Source: Histomonas meleagridis 2922-C6/04-290x
Taxonomy: Eukaryota > Protista > Parabasalia
Length of the DNA: 64,000 nt
Direction of reading: 5' to 3'
Assembly: GCA_020184695.1 (NCBI GenBank)
Contig: JAANOX010000021.1
Span: forward strand, 95,204-159,203
Shown: positions 24,801 to 38,027 of the stretch, piece by piece
Layout: each line of letters begins with the position of its first letter
Position numbering within the stretch: the stretch's first letter is position 1
Translations under genes and position numbers: made by a program
Notes under the pieces: model-generated
Databases searched by the model: none
Told to the model about the DNA's origin: nothing
Seen by the model: the letters and a program-made list of their open reading frames with translations, nothing else

Positions 24801-27800
24801 TCTATAACATGAACTGTAGTCGATCAACAAATTGTGATTGACCATGTTGGTAAGAGCCGAAAGGGAAAGTTCAAAATTTGCGTGTCAAAACAGTTTCAAA
24901 TTTCATGCCTATACTTTATAGCTTTAGAATACCTTTCTGTGATGAGAAATGATGGTGGAGCCCAAAAAAAAAATGAATTGATTGAATTTATCTCGAATTT
25001 ACATTGGTCATACAAAGCAGCTTCAATAACAGACAATTTGTTGTTAATATTAAGATGATTACATAAAATGGCTCTTCGTTTTCATCGTATGTATTGCTTG
25101 AACACTGGATTCACAACATTGATATAAATCTTGCAGAGCATAGATTTCCACATGTTCAAATATCCCCTGCAAAATAACACAGGGCCAGCCACAGGATACA
25201 CGAAAGGCCGGTTCAACTGAGAAGAAATATTTAAAATAATTACTGTGCTATGAAATCATGACAAGCGTTGGCTCATTACATGTAAGATGAAGACTAAAAA
25301 AAATGTAGTTTTTTGTCAAATATTGAGCCAATATCATGTCTTTAATGGAGCCGATATCTGCTCACAAATTGGTCTGAAACAATTAAAAGCTCAATCATTT
25401 GTGCACGTGCATTTTCCACAAATTTATTATTGCTTCTGCATGTGTTTCGTTTTGCTATACAAATAGTTAATACAGTTGAAAAATAAGGTACTTGAAGCTT
25501 TAAACTTAAATACAAAAATTAAACACGAATATAAATAAAAGACATAATGTAAATAATATAAAGTTATTAAAAATAGCAAATTCTCAGATTTGTATCAGTC
25601 AAAATACAGAAAAAGAAAACATTTAAAACATTTGATTTTGAAAGTTTTCGCCTGACGCTTTTTTGGGTCTTCCTTTTGAAAGTACTCAGTGCATTTGCTC
25701 TGTTCTTTGATGGTTTAAGCCAGGAATGGCATACTCGCGATTTAACTGGTGCGCATCAGGCTATTTCCAAAACGAAGCATAGAGTAGAAACAGCAATCAG
25801 TGGACCAGTTGGGCTGATTCGTCCTGCAAACTCCACTCGTTAGCTGGGATTATCTCGCATTTGATCTCCATCTTGTGGCACGATATAGATAATGATCTTT
25901 GCTCAAAATGAGAAAATCGCCAATGTTTTTTGATTGAAATTGATCTCGCCCTGAAACAGAATATTAGGCGAATTCGGCAAAGAAAAAAGAATTGATGATT
26001 ACTTTCCTCTTAACCCCTTGGAAAATGTTTGTTGAACTGTTTTGGAACATATCTGGAGCAGATGAACAACACAAACCAATAACCCAACCATCTTCTGGTA
26101 GTTATAACTTTCCAGGGAAAGAAAGTCGTTGGAGATTTTTGTGTACATGAACAACATGAATGATTTTTGTATTGACAAACAAAAGAAGGAGGGTCATCAG
26201 AACAGTACCAAAACTCCTTTTCGATAAACCGCCCAGCACTGAGTCGTTGCCTTCCGCCTGAGGTGAAACAGTTCAACATTTATATATTTTCTTATACGAA
26301 CTTAAAAATAAGATTGAAAAAGTCATCACCAGAATACATTTGATATGTTTCAATCGTATGATATCAGTATAAAACTATAACATCTTCCAATGAGAATCTA
26401 AAACCAAATATAACTGATTCACTAATCTCACATTAAGATTTAAAGAGTTGTTGTTACTAATTTGTTTCACTGATTTGTGGGATCTTTTCGGTGAGTGACA
26501 TTTTAAACCATAGAATGTAAATTACATTTTTGCACTATTTAATAATATTTCACTTTGCTATCATTTTTACAAAACGGAAAAAATTAATTTTATTTGAGAT
26601 TTTATGTTCACTTAAATGAATGATTTCTATTTTCCAAATTTCAAGTTACATTACATTTACTTGTTGTTAAATGGTATTTGATAATATCCCAGATTAGCGC
26701 AAAGTGTTATCAGATATTAAATATAGATTTTTAAATGTCACTCACTGAAAGAATCCCACACAAATCACCAAGTAAAATTAGTAACAACAACCCCCAAATC
26801 TTACATAGGAGGATATACAGAACAAGTCACATTTGGTTTTAGATTCTCATTGGTAGAAATTTAGATCAAATTCTAAATATAATTTGTTGGTATTTTCAAT
26901 GTGTCACTTCCATGGTTAACACATTTGGCTTACCATGTTAAAGAAAAACAATAATTACCGATTTATAAGAACTTACTACTAAAACTTACAAGCACACTTA
27001 TTACCATGAAAATTTTAATTATCCTGAAATTTAAACCAAATAGAAAGGTTACTAAAACAATATGGAAAACAATAAAACTAGAATAAAGGTTGAAAAATGA
27101 AGTCATTGTCTTTTCTTTTGTGTTTTAGAATAGTTTCATGACCGAAGAGGTTTCTTCATAACTCGAGACAGCCTTGGGAATCCATCATTTTTAACTTCGG
27201 AGAGGGACATAAGTATTTCTGATGTAGCTTTTGCTCCACTCATTTTTTCGAACAGTGCACTGAACAGGTTGTCTCACCACAAACGGTCTACGCCCGCAAC
27301 GGTTGTTTATAATCACACATTATATGCTTCTTCCAAATGTATACTCAATGTTAGCAATGGGTGGCCTGGAAACTTAAAATGTCAATATTTTGATATTGTT
27401 TAAGACATCTGATTTGAGTAAAATATGAAAAAATGATTAAAACCTTAACATCGACATAGAAATAAATTCCTATGCTTTGATGTTTTGTTACACACATATG
27501 AAATGAACAATAAATTTAGAATAGACGCTTTTTGAAAAGCCCATTTCGGATAACAAAAGTGATTGAACATATTTGAGAGCATTATAAATTTTACATACCA
27601 AATATTCTGACTGAATGTGCAAGGCCGTTCAAATGGAATTTGATCACACCTCTCTTATCATATCAACAAAATTATAGGATCCATTATTGAAACCTGTTGT
27701 TTGTCAAACTGTCTTATTCAGTTCCTAAGAAGAAAAATCTAAAAAGATCTTTTTATGCAAACTGATGTAACACAGAGGCGGACTCATATATTATATTTGT

Positions 27801-30800
27801 CAATAGTCAAGAGCAATCAACAAACAAAGATTATTTGAATACTTGCGTTTCTTAGCTACATGATGTTATCGATCGCTGATTTTTCCGACGATAAGCTTTT
27901 CATTCAACATCAAAACGCCTGAAATTGCGTGAAATTGTAAAATCCCTTATGATTTTAATGATTCCAAATGAACTTCGCCACGTTCTGAATTAAATGATAC
28001 CGGCAGAATCGGAAAAGACCGAAATATTCAAACTTACATCCAACACTCATTAGTTCAATGAAGCCAATACTTCGGCGTTGTTTCTGAAGAGTTAAAACCA
28101 TTCGAACTTATGCAAATGAAATTAACTTCAATACTCAGCAATTTCTCACCGTTTGTTGCGTTTCCAACATGTGGCCTTAGTTTTTGGATATTGAAGGATA
28201 TTTATTTGTGTCAAGCACTTTCAAACAAACAATGCGCAACACGACACCAGAAATGTTTTTGGTAAGGATACTGGCGATTTATCCATTAGCCGTACCATCA
28301 TTTCATCGAGCTCACTATCATCACTGAACCTCGATTTTGTTTTCCACTTGAATCTCTAATAGTGTTGCTGGCAGCTTCAATACAATGAGCAAACTTAACA
28401 CACAGCAAATTGACAAATGTTTAAATTTAAAGATGAGCAAAAAGTTACTTAAGAACTTCTATCACACAAACTTTCGAGATTTGTATGGTTTGCACGGAAT
28501 GTTTTCATGCTCGATGTTACTCCAATATACCCAATGTCGCAACATAAAACTGATAATGGAATGCATCGTTATTAGTTGCGCTGTGTTAAGAAAGCCATTT
28601 AGATTTATCTCAACAATGCACGAATGAGCTCAAGAATATGATGACTCATCTGGAATATTAACACATATTATATTACGTGGGTCGTTGAATAATTTCGATA
28701 TTTTCTTTAGAAATCTTCCAACAATTAATCAAACATAATCCGAAGAATAAGTCATATTGTTTATCATTCTCTAACATTCACGTGAACAATTGAAGATATT
28801 TCAGTAATGAAATAATCTCTTCACACCGGAATTGAATGATATCAACCATTAGATCAACGATTACCACTGGTTTAACAAATGTCCGAATTTGAAGCAACTG
28901 AATATGAGTGATTGTTATCAACGTGAATTGTAGCAGCGGATTTCAATATTTATTAAACTTCATAAAGAAACACGACGCCACGCTATGATACGAACCAGAA
29001 GCTCAAAATTCACCAACAATGGCACATACTTGAACTATTCACTGATGGTTTTATTAGATGATCAATCACCAAAGATTTATCGAATGCTTCTTGCTGATAT
29101 TGATCATGTATCAACGAATTAGTGCAAGTAAATCTGGTTATCGAATATTTCTTTTCCATAACTTAATCGAGAGACCGAAACTCAAAGAAATGGTCGGTTT
29201 TCGCAAGTCGAGAAAATTGATCACAAAGAATCTTCCTGATGATTTTTGATCAAGTTACATATGGTAAACTCCTCAATAATTCCGCTCACCAGAGGATCAT
29301 TTCGCGGATGCAAATGAAAGAAGAAGAAGATTTGTTTATCGATCAACAATGGATGAAATAGAATCGAACGCGAAAACAATCGGCAAACGCCACTCCGACG
29401 TCGGTATTGAGCCGCCAATTTCAAAAACATGGCCTCAACGACAGGAGTTGGCCGAAAATGGTTTGCTGTCATCCTCCAAATATTTACGAATAATAATACC
29501 AGCTAATTTTGCCCTCCTCCCTCCTAATATAACACAGACACACTAATTTATACCAAAGCCACAAATGTAAAATACATGGAACCAAAATCTATATAATGAT
29601 GATAATAATATGCCCGTTCACACCACAATATGGTTATGATCCAAGATTCGGTGAAATGGTTTTATGCCATGTTGGTTGGTCACAGAAAAGATGACGATGA
29701 GCTGGGATTAGATGACGAAGAGCATAAAAAGAAACTCAATACAGGAATGACAGTGATCATTTAACAATGACGACTACGCTGTGCGAACCTCGAAACAACA
29801 GGGCGATGGTCGCCTCAGAAAGAGGAGAATTAAATAAAATGACGGCACTGAGTTCTGAAATTGGTTTGTCACATTTATTCACAAAAATTAAATAAAATTT
29901 CAAATGACATCGAATCGAGGCGTCGACACTTTTAGAAACGAAAGTATTTGTTCAAGTACAACAACTCTATAACAATATAATGTGGATATCTGATATGTCA
30001 TACACTTCCAAGATTGACAAATTATACTGACCTTTTTCTATTGTTTGATCACGTTTGTTTACTGATAGTTTGGGAAGAAATGCATCTCATATTGCGACTG
30101 TAAGTTTGATGACAATATTAAAATAAATAACTGAATTTCTCAATACAATACATTTTATTTTTGTAATTGGTTCACATTGTGTCATAACAAAAAGAACAAG
30201 GTCCATGGCAATACTGCCTTTCAAATCCATGACTATATAAATAATAATTTTCATTAAATATCTTTGGTGTTTTGAAAGAGATGCATAGACTTGACCAATT
30301 TCAGCCATACATTGATTTGTTCCTTATGTCACAAATCAATTTTACATGCTTATATTTTTGCTTATGATTTCAATATATGTTTCATCACTATGTGATTGAC
30401 CACCTTAAGTATAATATGAAACTTACTTATATGAATCCAGCAACGTTGCAAGGAGTTTCTAGTTCACTTGAACTAGAGTACTTGATTACATTGCCCTCAG
30501 CCATTTCAGGAATTTGGCAAAATACTGGAAAGACCTTTCATATGTTTTATTGAAAAGTATGGTTAATGTTTTGCAATTGTAAATGAATGCTATCTAGAGC
30601 ATGCTCAGTTCTTTGAATATTAATATTATAAATGAAGAAATTATTTAATTATGTACAAAACATCAAAGATATCAGTTCGTCGGCTCATCCCAGCAGTTTA
30701 TAATCAGTCATTCATTTCAGACAGACAACTTGCCATTTTCACAACTGATGGATTAACTATTATTTAGAGTAACTTGTAAAGACATGAACATGAGCATAGT

Positions 30801-33562
30801 ATTGCAAAGGGAAAAACCTGTTTGTTTAGGTATGTGGAAGATGAACTTTTATTTGTATCATTCTCATTTTCTGAAGACGAATTATCTCACTCATCAAGTT
30901 GGTTGCATGGCTGAAGAGAATCAACGGTTCGAGATTTGAAGAGAATTCATGAGGGCACCAGGTTTGATATATGCACACCATATTTAATATTAAAATGGGG
31001 AAACTCATTTCAAATACTTCCTCTATATGATCAATAGCAAAGATTTCATATGTTATGTGACATATGTTACAAAACATTAAAATAAAATTCGAACTGTCAA
31101 AAAAAATACCCCACTTTATAAAATAACCTCAATTCACTCAGTTTGTAATAGAATGAACACTTCAATGTATGGACGATTTCCTGAAATCTCCACATTTGAA
31201 ACTACTCGTGTCACACTCAGCTCACCGTACTCCATCTGATTCAGTTACCTTCACAGAGATGGGCCTAGATCTAAGAAGTGTTCAAAATTTCATGATATAA
31301 TCATCCACTGAGAACAAAGAATAGGTCGAATTGAATGTTGCTGATCTTCTTTCCGAGCAAAATAGTAAAGAATAAAATCATATTCACAATATTTCAACAC
31401 TATGAAAACTGATGAAAACAGATCCCGACGAGAAACATATAATTTGTTCATTGTTTCTATATCTCCAAACTACCGAAATTTCCGATGAGGATTTCAGCAA
31501 AGACTAGGGACGATTTCTGTAACATGAACACAGACGAGAAGAATCTCAGCCTTGTGAGAAGTCTTTGAACAGACATCGTGCTTCATGTACTCACTACAAT
31601 TGAAATTAAACAAATGAGAATCAACAGAGAAAATACACTTGTTGAAAGACAATAGTTATCCTTCCGAAGGCTGAAGATTACATTGTTGACATTTAACCAG
31701 GCTTCTTCACGTCCACTCAACATTGAACAACTAAGGTGCATCTTTATTCATAATTTCCTTCTTTTATTAAAGGCGAGTCAATAGCATGTCTATACCTATT
31801 CATTTGTTGCTCTGTGATCTGTAATCGCCCACCTTATTCTTTTACTGATTGGCATTCACTGGTTGTTTTGCCATCAAAATCAGGTAACAGTTCTCGTATC
31901 TCTTCGCATTGACGCATACCTCCAGCACAGCCAAATGACTTGCCAGGAGTAAATAGCCGCATTAGCAGGGAAACTCAGGCTGGCCGGAGGGATTGGGCAT
32001 TCATAGTATTTTGTTAAACCAAATACTGATATCTTAGTTTTGATCACATCACAATCTTTAATCATTATAGTTCTCGCGTTATAGACGGAAAGTTAATAAT
32101 TTTAACTGTACACTATTTTGGTTTTTCCACCACTTTCCACAAGAAATTTGTCGATCATTTCTTACGTGTCATCTGAAATATTGTTCACACATCCCGAAAT
32201 CAAAACGAATGCCTTACCTGTCGCGTAATATCCCATTTTTTAACCTCTTGTCTTCGTAGTCGATCGGATGCATTCGAACATCTCACAATTTAATATTTTT
32301 AAAATAATGAGATGTACAAAGTTAGTTCATTTCATTTTATTGAACGCTTCGACTGTCGAAACTGACATTATTAATGCCTTTTTATTATACCAGGTCAGCG
32401 CACCGAAAAAACTAAATGAAACTGAACACACAACGTCTTCATTACGTACGTTATGATCACAACTGAAAAATCATCACCTTATTAGATAGATGTAACACAC
32501 ATACTTGGATCAGTTATGAAGCAGATTTAACAACCACCTGTTAAAATAGCACTTCGACAATGATATACTTATTTCTTAACATTCAAAATAACAAACATTG
32601 TAATTTATTTGTAAGGAATTTCATTTCATACCTCTGTGTCGGTGCACGTGAAGATCAGCCCAACCTCACTTCACTGGGATTGCCCGACCTCGGATTTTTC
32701 GATTCGGAGGTCTCAGACCAATCCTCGAGGTAGCCACTGCTCGCAACAAAAAATCAAAAATGGCTTTTGTGAGCCATGTCACTGACAGGAGGCAATTTGA
32801 ATGAGCATTCACCTGAGACGCTGAAACTTTTCATAGGACGACAGTTTTTTTTACAAGCCACTCTCTCCGCATAAACCTATTAAAAACCCGTATAACCAGC
32901 CAAATCCTCGGTTATACATTTACCTATTCACTTATCTTTGGTCGTAGGCCTGTAGCAAAGCGACGGTTGCATTGTTTTGTCGCATGGCAAACTTTATTTT
33001 TATAAATGCTTGTGTTTGTACTTCACAAAAAGAAATTGCTTTTCCGAATTCTACGATTTCGTAACTTAGATATGTTACAGCATGTAAGTGTAAATTCTGA
33101 TTATTTGCATCTGATGCTTATGCATGCCGATTTTATTGAATTATTATGAAGATTATTTAGGCTTATACAATGAAAACAGGATCAAATATAAGAAATATGA
33201 ATATGTAGAAAAACCAAACCTTAAAATATGGCTTCATCGAATGGTATATCGAACCAGAATATTTTATGTATTAGAATTATTATTAATTTATTAAATCAAC
33301 AAATCATTTTTTATTAATGTTTAGTATTGAGAATGTTACGAAAGGTATAAAAACTATTGTTGTTGCTGCTCCTGAAATTGATAAAGATGACTTTACAAGT
33401 TTAGAAAATTATTCCAATGTCGAATGGAATAACAGAAAAACTTAATACTATAACTTCGATATTACCTCAATTATATTGAGTAATCACATCAGATTTAGGG
33501 AAATATTCTACAAAAAGTCAAGTACACATAGTAATTAATGATTTAACAGTAAAATGGAATGT
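21810..33562. other. Heavily degraded reverse-complement copy of 33681-47400
   Basis: Frameshifted remains of the acyltransferase, Myb, MRH, MITE, LRR and other genes appear in mirror order. The tRNA-to-fold distance is ~12.06 kb here against ~14.0 kb in the right arm. Confidence 0.9.
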
Positions 33563-33680
33563 CTTAACTTCTACAACACCATCTTCTTTTAATGTGATAA
33601 TAGATGGAACATATAATTTTGTATCCCATTTACCACCTTCTGCAGTTGTTAATTGAAAACCATTTAATGAATTAACTTGT
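33563..33680. other. 118-bp unique spacer at the centre of the inverted duplication
   Basis: Left ...ATTTAACAGTAAAATGGAATGT (ends 33562) mirrors ACATTCCCATTTACTGTTAAAT (starts 33681). Confidence 0.85.
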
Positions 33681-33937
33681 ACATTCCCATTTACTGTTAA
33701 ATCATTATTTATTGTACTATGTGTATGACTTTTTGTAGAATATTTTTCATCTGATTGTGATTTGTTATAATATAATTGAGGTAATGTAATCGAAGTTATA
33801 GTATTAAGTTTTTCTGTTATTTTGTCATTTGTTGGATAATTTTCTAAAAGTTCTTGTAAGTCATCTTTATCAATAATTTCAGGAGCAGCAACAACATTAG
33901 TTTTTATACCTTTCGTAGCATTCTCAATACTAAACAT
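33563..33937 (-). CDS. Fibre-like protein N-terminus (virus/Maverick-like), truncated by the fold
   Basis: YSTKSHTHS and DLTVNGNVQVNSLNG resemble fibre-protein repeats; the last 14 aa of the tracked ORF come from the mirror arm. Confidence 0.4.
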
Positions 33938-33957
33938 TGATAAAAAATGATTTTTAT

Positions 33958-34321
33958 TTAATAAATTAATAATAATTCTAACATAAAATATTCTGGTTCA
34001 ATTTCTTTACCATTCATTTCTTTAAACCATATTTTAAAATTTGGTTTTCTACTTTTAATTTCATATTTCTTATATTTAGTCCTGTTTTCATTTGTATAAA
34101 TACAAAAATGATCTTCATAATGATCACGTTAAATGAAATCAGCATGCATTGAAACATCAGATACTAAATAATCCTTAAATTTACACTTACATTGCTGTAC
34201 TACAATATATCTAGGATTTTGAGAATCGACAAATTCAGGCGGAAAACGGTTTTCTTTTTGTGAAGTACAAAAATACGTTTTAGTCACAGGTTTAAGCATT
34301 TATAAAAATAAAGTTTGCCAT
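33958..34321 (-). pseudogene. Decayed ~120-aa ORF (MANFIFINA*TCD*NVFLYF...FPPEF...HADFI*RD...KIWFKEMNGKEIEPEYFMLELLLIY)
   Basis: Hand translation shows three TAA stops and one frameshift; it sits directly upstream of the fibre-like ORF. Confidence 0.5.
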
Positions 34322-34578
34322 GCGACCAAACAATATAACCGTCGCTTTTTGACTACAAACCTCTGACCAAAGATAAATTGAATAGGATAAATGTCCGGCC
34401 AAACATAACCGGGGACATTTTGTGCTGGTTATACGAGGTTTTTAATAGGTTTATGCGGAAAGTGGCATAAAAAGTGCTATCGTCCCTATGAAAAAGTTTC
34501 GCGTCCTCTCAAAATTGAATGCTCATTCAAATTTTCTATCGAATTGTATGGCTCACAAAAATCATTTTGATTTTTGTT

Positions 34579-34680
34579 GCGAGCGGAGCGAGCACACTCG
34601 GGGGATTGAAGGGGTCTGAGACCTCCGGAGGGGTCCGAAGGGCACCTCCGGGGGTCGAAGACCCCGGAAATCCCCCAGTG
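34579..34680. other. GC-rich multi-hairpin (cloverleaf) element preceded by GCGAGCGGAGCGAGC
   Basis: Outer stem CACT(C)GGGGGATT/AATCCCCCAGTG encloses GGGGTC-TGA-GACCTC, GGAGG...CCTCC and GGGGTC-GAA-GACCCC hairpins. Confidence 0.75.
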
Positions 34681-34921
34681 AAAAGTAAAGGTTGGGACTG
34701 ATCACGAGGTCCCGACCGCATTATATACCTACCCGACAGGAATTGTAAATGGAAATTCCTTACAAATAAATTACAATGATTTATTTGAGCTTTTTTTGAA
34801 TGTTAAGAAATAAGTATATCGTTGTCAAGTGCTTATTACAACAAGATTTACATTGTAAATCTGCTTCCTCTTGATCAAAAATTATTATTATTGTTGCATC
34901 TATCCTAATAAGATGCATTAA

Positions 34922-35064
34922 TTTTTTTTTTTCAGTGCGCGTTATAACATTACATAATAAAAAGGCATTAATAGTATTCGGATTTCATTTAGTTTTTTTT
35001 TTTTCAGTGCGCGTTATAACATTACATAATAAAAAGGCATTAATAGTATTCGGATTTCATTTAG
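34922..35064. repeat. ~71-bp perfect tandem duplication
   Basis: (T)n-CAGTGCGCGTTATAAC...GGATTTCATTTAG twice. Confidence 0.85.
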
Positions 35065-35249
35065 TCAGGAAACGTTCAATAAAATAAGTAGACTAACTTT
35101 GTCACATACATCGTCATTTCCTATTATTTTCCTAAAAAATAATAAATTAATTTGAATATTCAAAAGTGCATCCATTGAATCGAACTACAGAGATAAAGAG
35201 GTTAAAAAATAAAACAATTTTACTGACAAATTAAAAAATATGGTAGACA

Positions 35250-35924
35250 TCATTCGTTTTTGATTTCAGGATGTGTGAGAACAATATTTCCAAGATGTGC
35301 CATAAGAAAATAATAAACAAAATTTCTTGTAAGAAGTGGTGGAAAAACCAAAAATAGTGTGAAAAGTACAGTTAAAATTAATGCTCCATCTATAACGCAG
35401 AGCACTAGCCCGATTAAAGTTGTGATAATGATCAAAACTAAAATATCAATTGCATTTGGTTTAACAAATACTCTATAGATACTAAATAAAATCCTCCAGC
35501 CGAAAACATATGGTTTCCATGCTAATGCAACTATTTCTCTAACAGAACGAATTCGATTTGGCGCATTTTCTGGAAGTATAGGTAAATCAATGCAAAGAGA
35601 TCTGAGGAGACTGTTGCCACCAATTTTGATAGCAAAACAACCGAGTGGATATAATATCAATAAAAATAAAATTGTTGGAAATTTTGAATCACAAACAACT
35701 TTAAATGAATAGGTAAATAGACATGCTATTGTAACCATAGCGCAATAAAGAGGAAAATTATGAAGATAAAGTGCACCTTGAATTTGTTCAATAATATAAG
35801 AATATGGTTCAAAAACCCTAGTTAAATAATCAACAATGTCATCTTCATGTAGCCCTTCGAGAGGATAACTGTTATCTTCAATAAGTGTATTTTCTCTGTT
35901 GATTCTCATTTGTTTTAATTTCAA
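35250..35924 (-). CDS. Multi-pass membrane protein (possibly reticulon-homology-like)
   Basis: 224-aa ORF with two long hydrophobic hairpin segments; the real start is probably the ATG at 35909. Confidence 0.6.
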   Translation of the reverse strand: MKLKQMRINRENTLIEDNSYPLEGLHEDDIVDYLTRVFEPYSYIIEQIQGALYLHNFPLYCAMVTIACLFTYSFKVVCDSKFPTILFLLILYPLGCFAIKIGGNSLLRSLCIDLPILPENAPNRIRSVREIVALAWKPYVFGWRILFSIYRVFVKPNAIDILVLIIITTLIGLVLCVIDGALILTVLFTLFLVFPPLLTRNFVYYFLMAHLGNIVLTHPEIKNE

Positions 35925-35953
35925 TTGTAATTAATTTTTGAGCACGTTAAAAA

Positions 35954-36511
35954 ATGGAGCCTGTTGTTTTAAAAGACTTCTCACAAAAACAAGTTTCTTC
36001 TCTTAGAACTGCAATATCAGAAGCACAAAATGGATCTGCTCTTGTGTTCACAGTAAATTCCCCTAATTCGCTTTATATAGGAAATATCCCTCATCAAATT
36101 TCAGTAGTTTGGAGATATAGAAACAATGAACAATTATATGTTTTCTCGTCAGGATGTACATTTTTTTCATGGTTTCATAGTGTTGAAATAATTGTGAATA
36201 CTGGACTTGTTCTTTTTAATTTTTTACTCGGAAAAATAGATATCAGCTTAACATTCCATGTATTCGACCCTATTCTTTTTTGTTCTCAGATAAAAGTGGA
36301 TGATTTATATCATGAAATTTTAAATTTTCTTAAATCTAAATTTACATCTCATGAAAAAGATAACTTTGAATCAAATAAATTTTTAAAGTGGAAAGCAAGT
36401 GTATTTTTTGAAATGTGCTCAAAGTTTCAAAAATATGGAATTTCAATAAATCAAATTCAACCAAGTGTTCATTTCGATCCACCTATTACAAATAAACTGA
36501 AATCAGATTGA
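35954..36511 (+). CDS. Hypothetical protein (185 aa)
   Basis: Intact ORF, head-to-head with the previous gene. Confidence 0.6.
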   Translation: MEPVVLKDFSQKQVSSLRTAISEAQNGSALVFTVNSPNSLYIGNIPHQISVVWRYRNNEQLYVFSSGCTFFSWFHSVEIIVNTGLVLFNFLLGKIDISLTFHVFDPILFCSQIKVDDLYHEILNFLKSKFTSHEKDNFESNKFLKWKASVFFEMCSKFQKYGISINQIQPSVHFDPPITNKLKSD

Positions 36512-38027
36512 AAGTTATTTTATAAAATTGATTTTTTTTTTAATAATTCAATTTATTTTAATAACTCTATGTTATTTTAATAACATATGTATATACATAA
36601 CATATGAAACAATCTTTGTATTCTATGATCATATAGAATTATTTGAAAGAAAGAATTAGAATTTCTTCATAGACATTTTTAATATTAAATATGGTGTCGC
36701 ATATGTGATAAACCTTCGGTGCTTCATGAATTCTCTTCAAATCTTTCGAACCGTTGAGTTCTCTTCAGCCATGGCTGTGCTTGATGAATGGATAATTCGT
36801 CTTCAAGAAGTAATATGTACAGGGGGTGAGTACACATCTAAATAAAAAAGTTCATCTTTTTCCACATTTTCTATACCCTAAATAAACGGTTTTCCATACA
36901 CAATACTATGCTCATGAATTTAGTTTCATGTCTTTTGCAAGTTGCCTCTAAATATATGGATTAATCCATCAGTTATTGAAAATGGCAAGAGTTTATCTGT
37001 CACAAAAATGAATGAAGATTTGATTGCCAAACAACTTTTGGATGAACCATTGGAGACAATCTTTGATGTTTGTACATAATTAAATAATTCCTTTTCTTCA
37101 TTTATAATATTAATATTCAAAATTTGAACATGCTAGATAGCATTCATTTTAAGAACTCTACCCTCTCCCTTTGGTACAAAACTTATTAACCATACTTTTT
37201 CAATAAAACATATGAAAGTGCTCAGTGATTTTGCCAAATTCACGAATGAACTTTGAGGAACAATCTCAATCAAATTATACAGATGGAAATGAACTTAAAA
37301 CTCACTTGCAGCGTTTAGCGAAAAAAAATGGTTCATATTATAAGTATAAGTTTCATATTATACTTAAAAGATTGGTCAATCGCATATTATTTGATGAAAA
37401 TATATATTGAAATCATAAGCAAATATAAGCATGGTAAAAATTTGATTTGTAACGTAAGGGAACAAATCAATGTATAACAAGGGTGGTCCAAAAGTCTATA
37501 CATCTCTCTTTTTCAAAAATACAAAAAGATATTTTAATAAAAAATTAATATTATATAATAGTCATGGATTTTTGAAGAGCAAATTGTTGCCATAAATCTC
37601 CTTTAATTCTTTTGTTACTTGACTATGTGTGAGACCAATTTTTGCTGTAAAAAGAAATAAAATGTATTGTAATTTGAAATTCAGTTATTTATTTTTTTAA
37701 TATTATCATCAAATATACAGCCGCGGTAATGAAAGACCTTGATGATCTGTTAAATTTCTTAAACTATCAAATAAATAACGACATGATCAAACAATAGAAA
37801 AAAGGTCAACTTGAACACTTTCAATATTGAATATGTCATATTTTAACTCATTCGAGATAATCACGTTACATAATTCAAATCGATTAATTTTTTATATAAA
37901 TTATTATATGCGAACAAATACTTTCGTTTCCTAAAAGTGTCGACACTTATATCGATTCGATGTCATTTAAATTTTTATTTAATTTTTGTGAATAAATAAT
38001 TTTTTTTTATTAAACCAATTTCAAATT

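Noticed and set aside
21810-33562. A block of genuine pseudogenes or hypermutated paralogues
   Set aside because: Damage is uniform across genes, intergenic DNA and TEs and is dominated by deletions, which matches unpolished read error. The ORF-track hits here are not real genes.
33958-34321. TAA read as Gln (alternative genetic code)
   Set aside because: Host genes (Ras, AK7, Myb, LRR) are long stop-free ORFs that use CAA for Gln and end at TAA/TGA. The TAA codons in decayed ORFs fit AT-biased decay.
34519-34721. Short ORFs over the GC-rich island
   Set aside because: Both strands are open because of the high GC content; there are no protein-like features.
36600-37120. Possible protein-kinase C-lobe remnant on the minus strand
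   Set aside because: Many stops and no clear catalytic motifs, so it is too weak to call.
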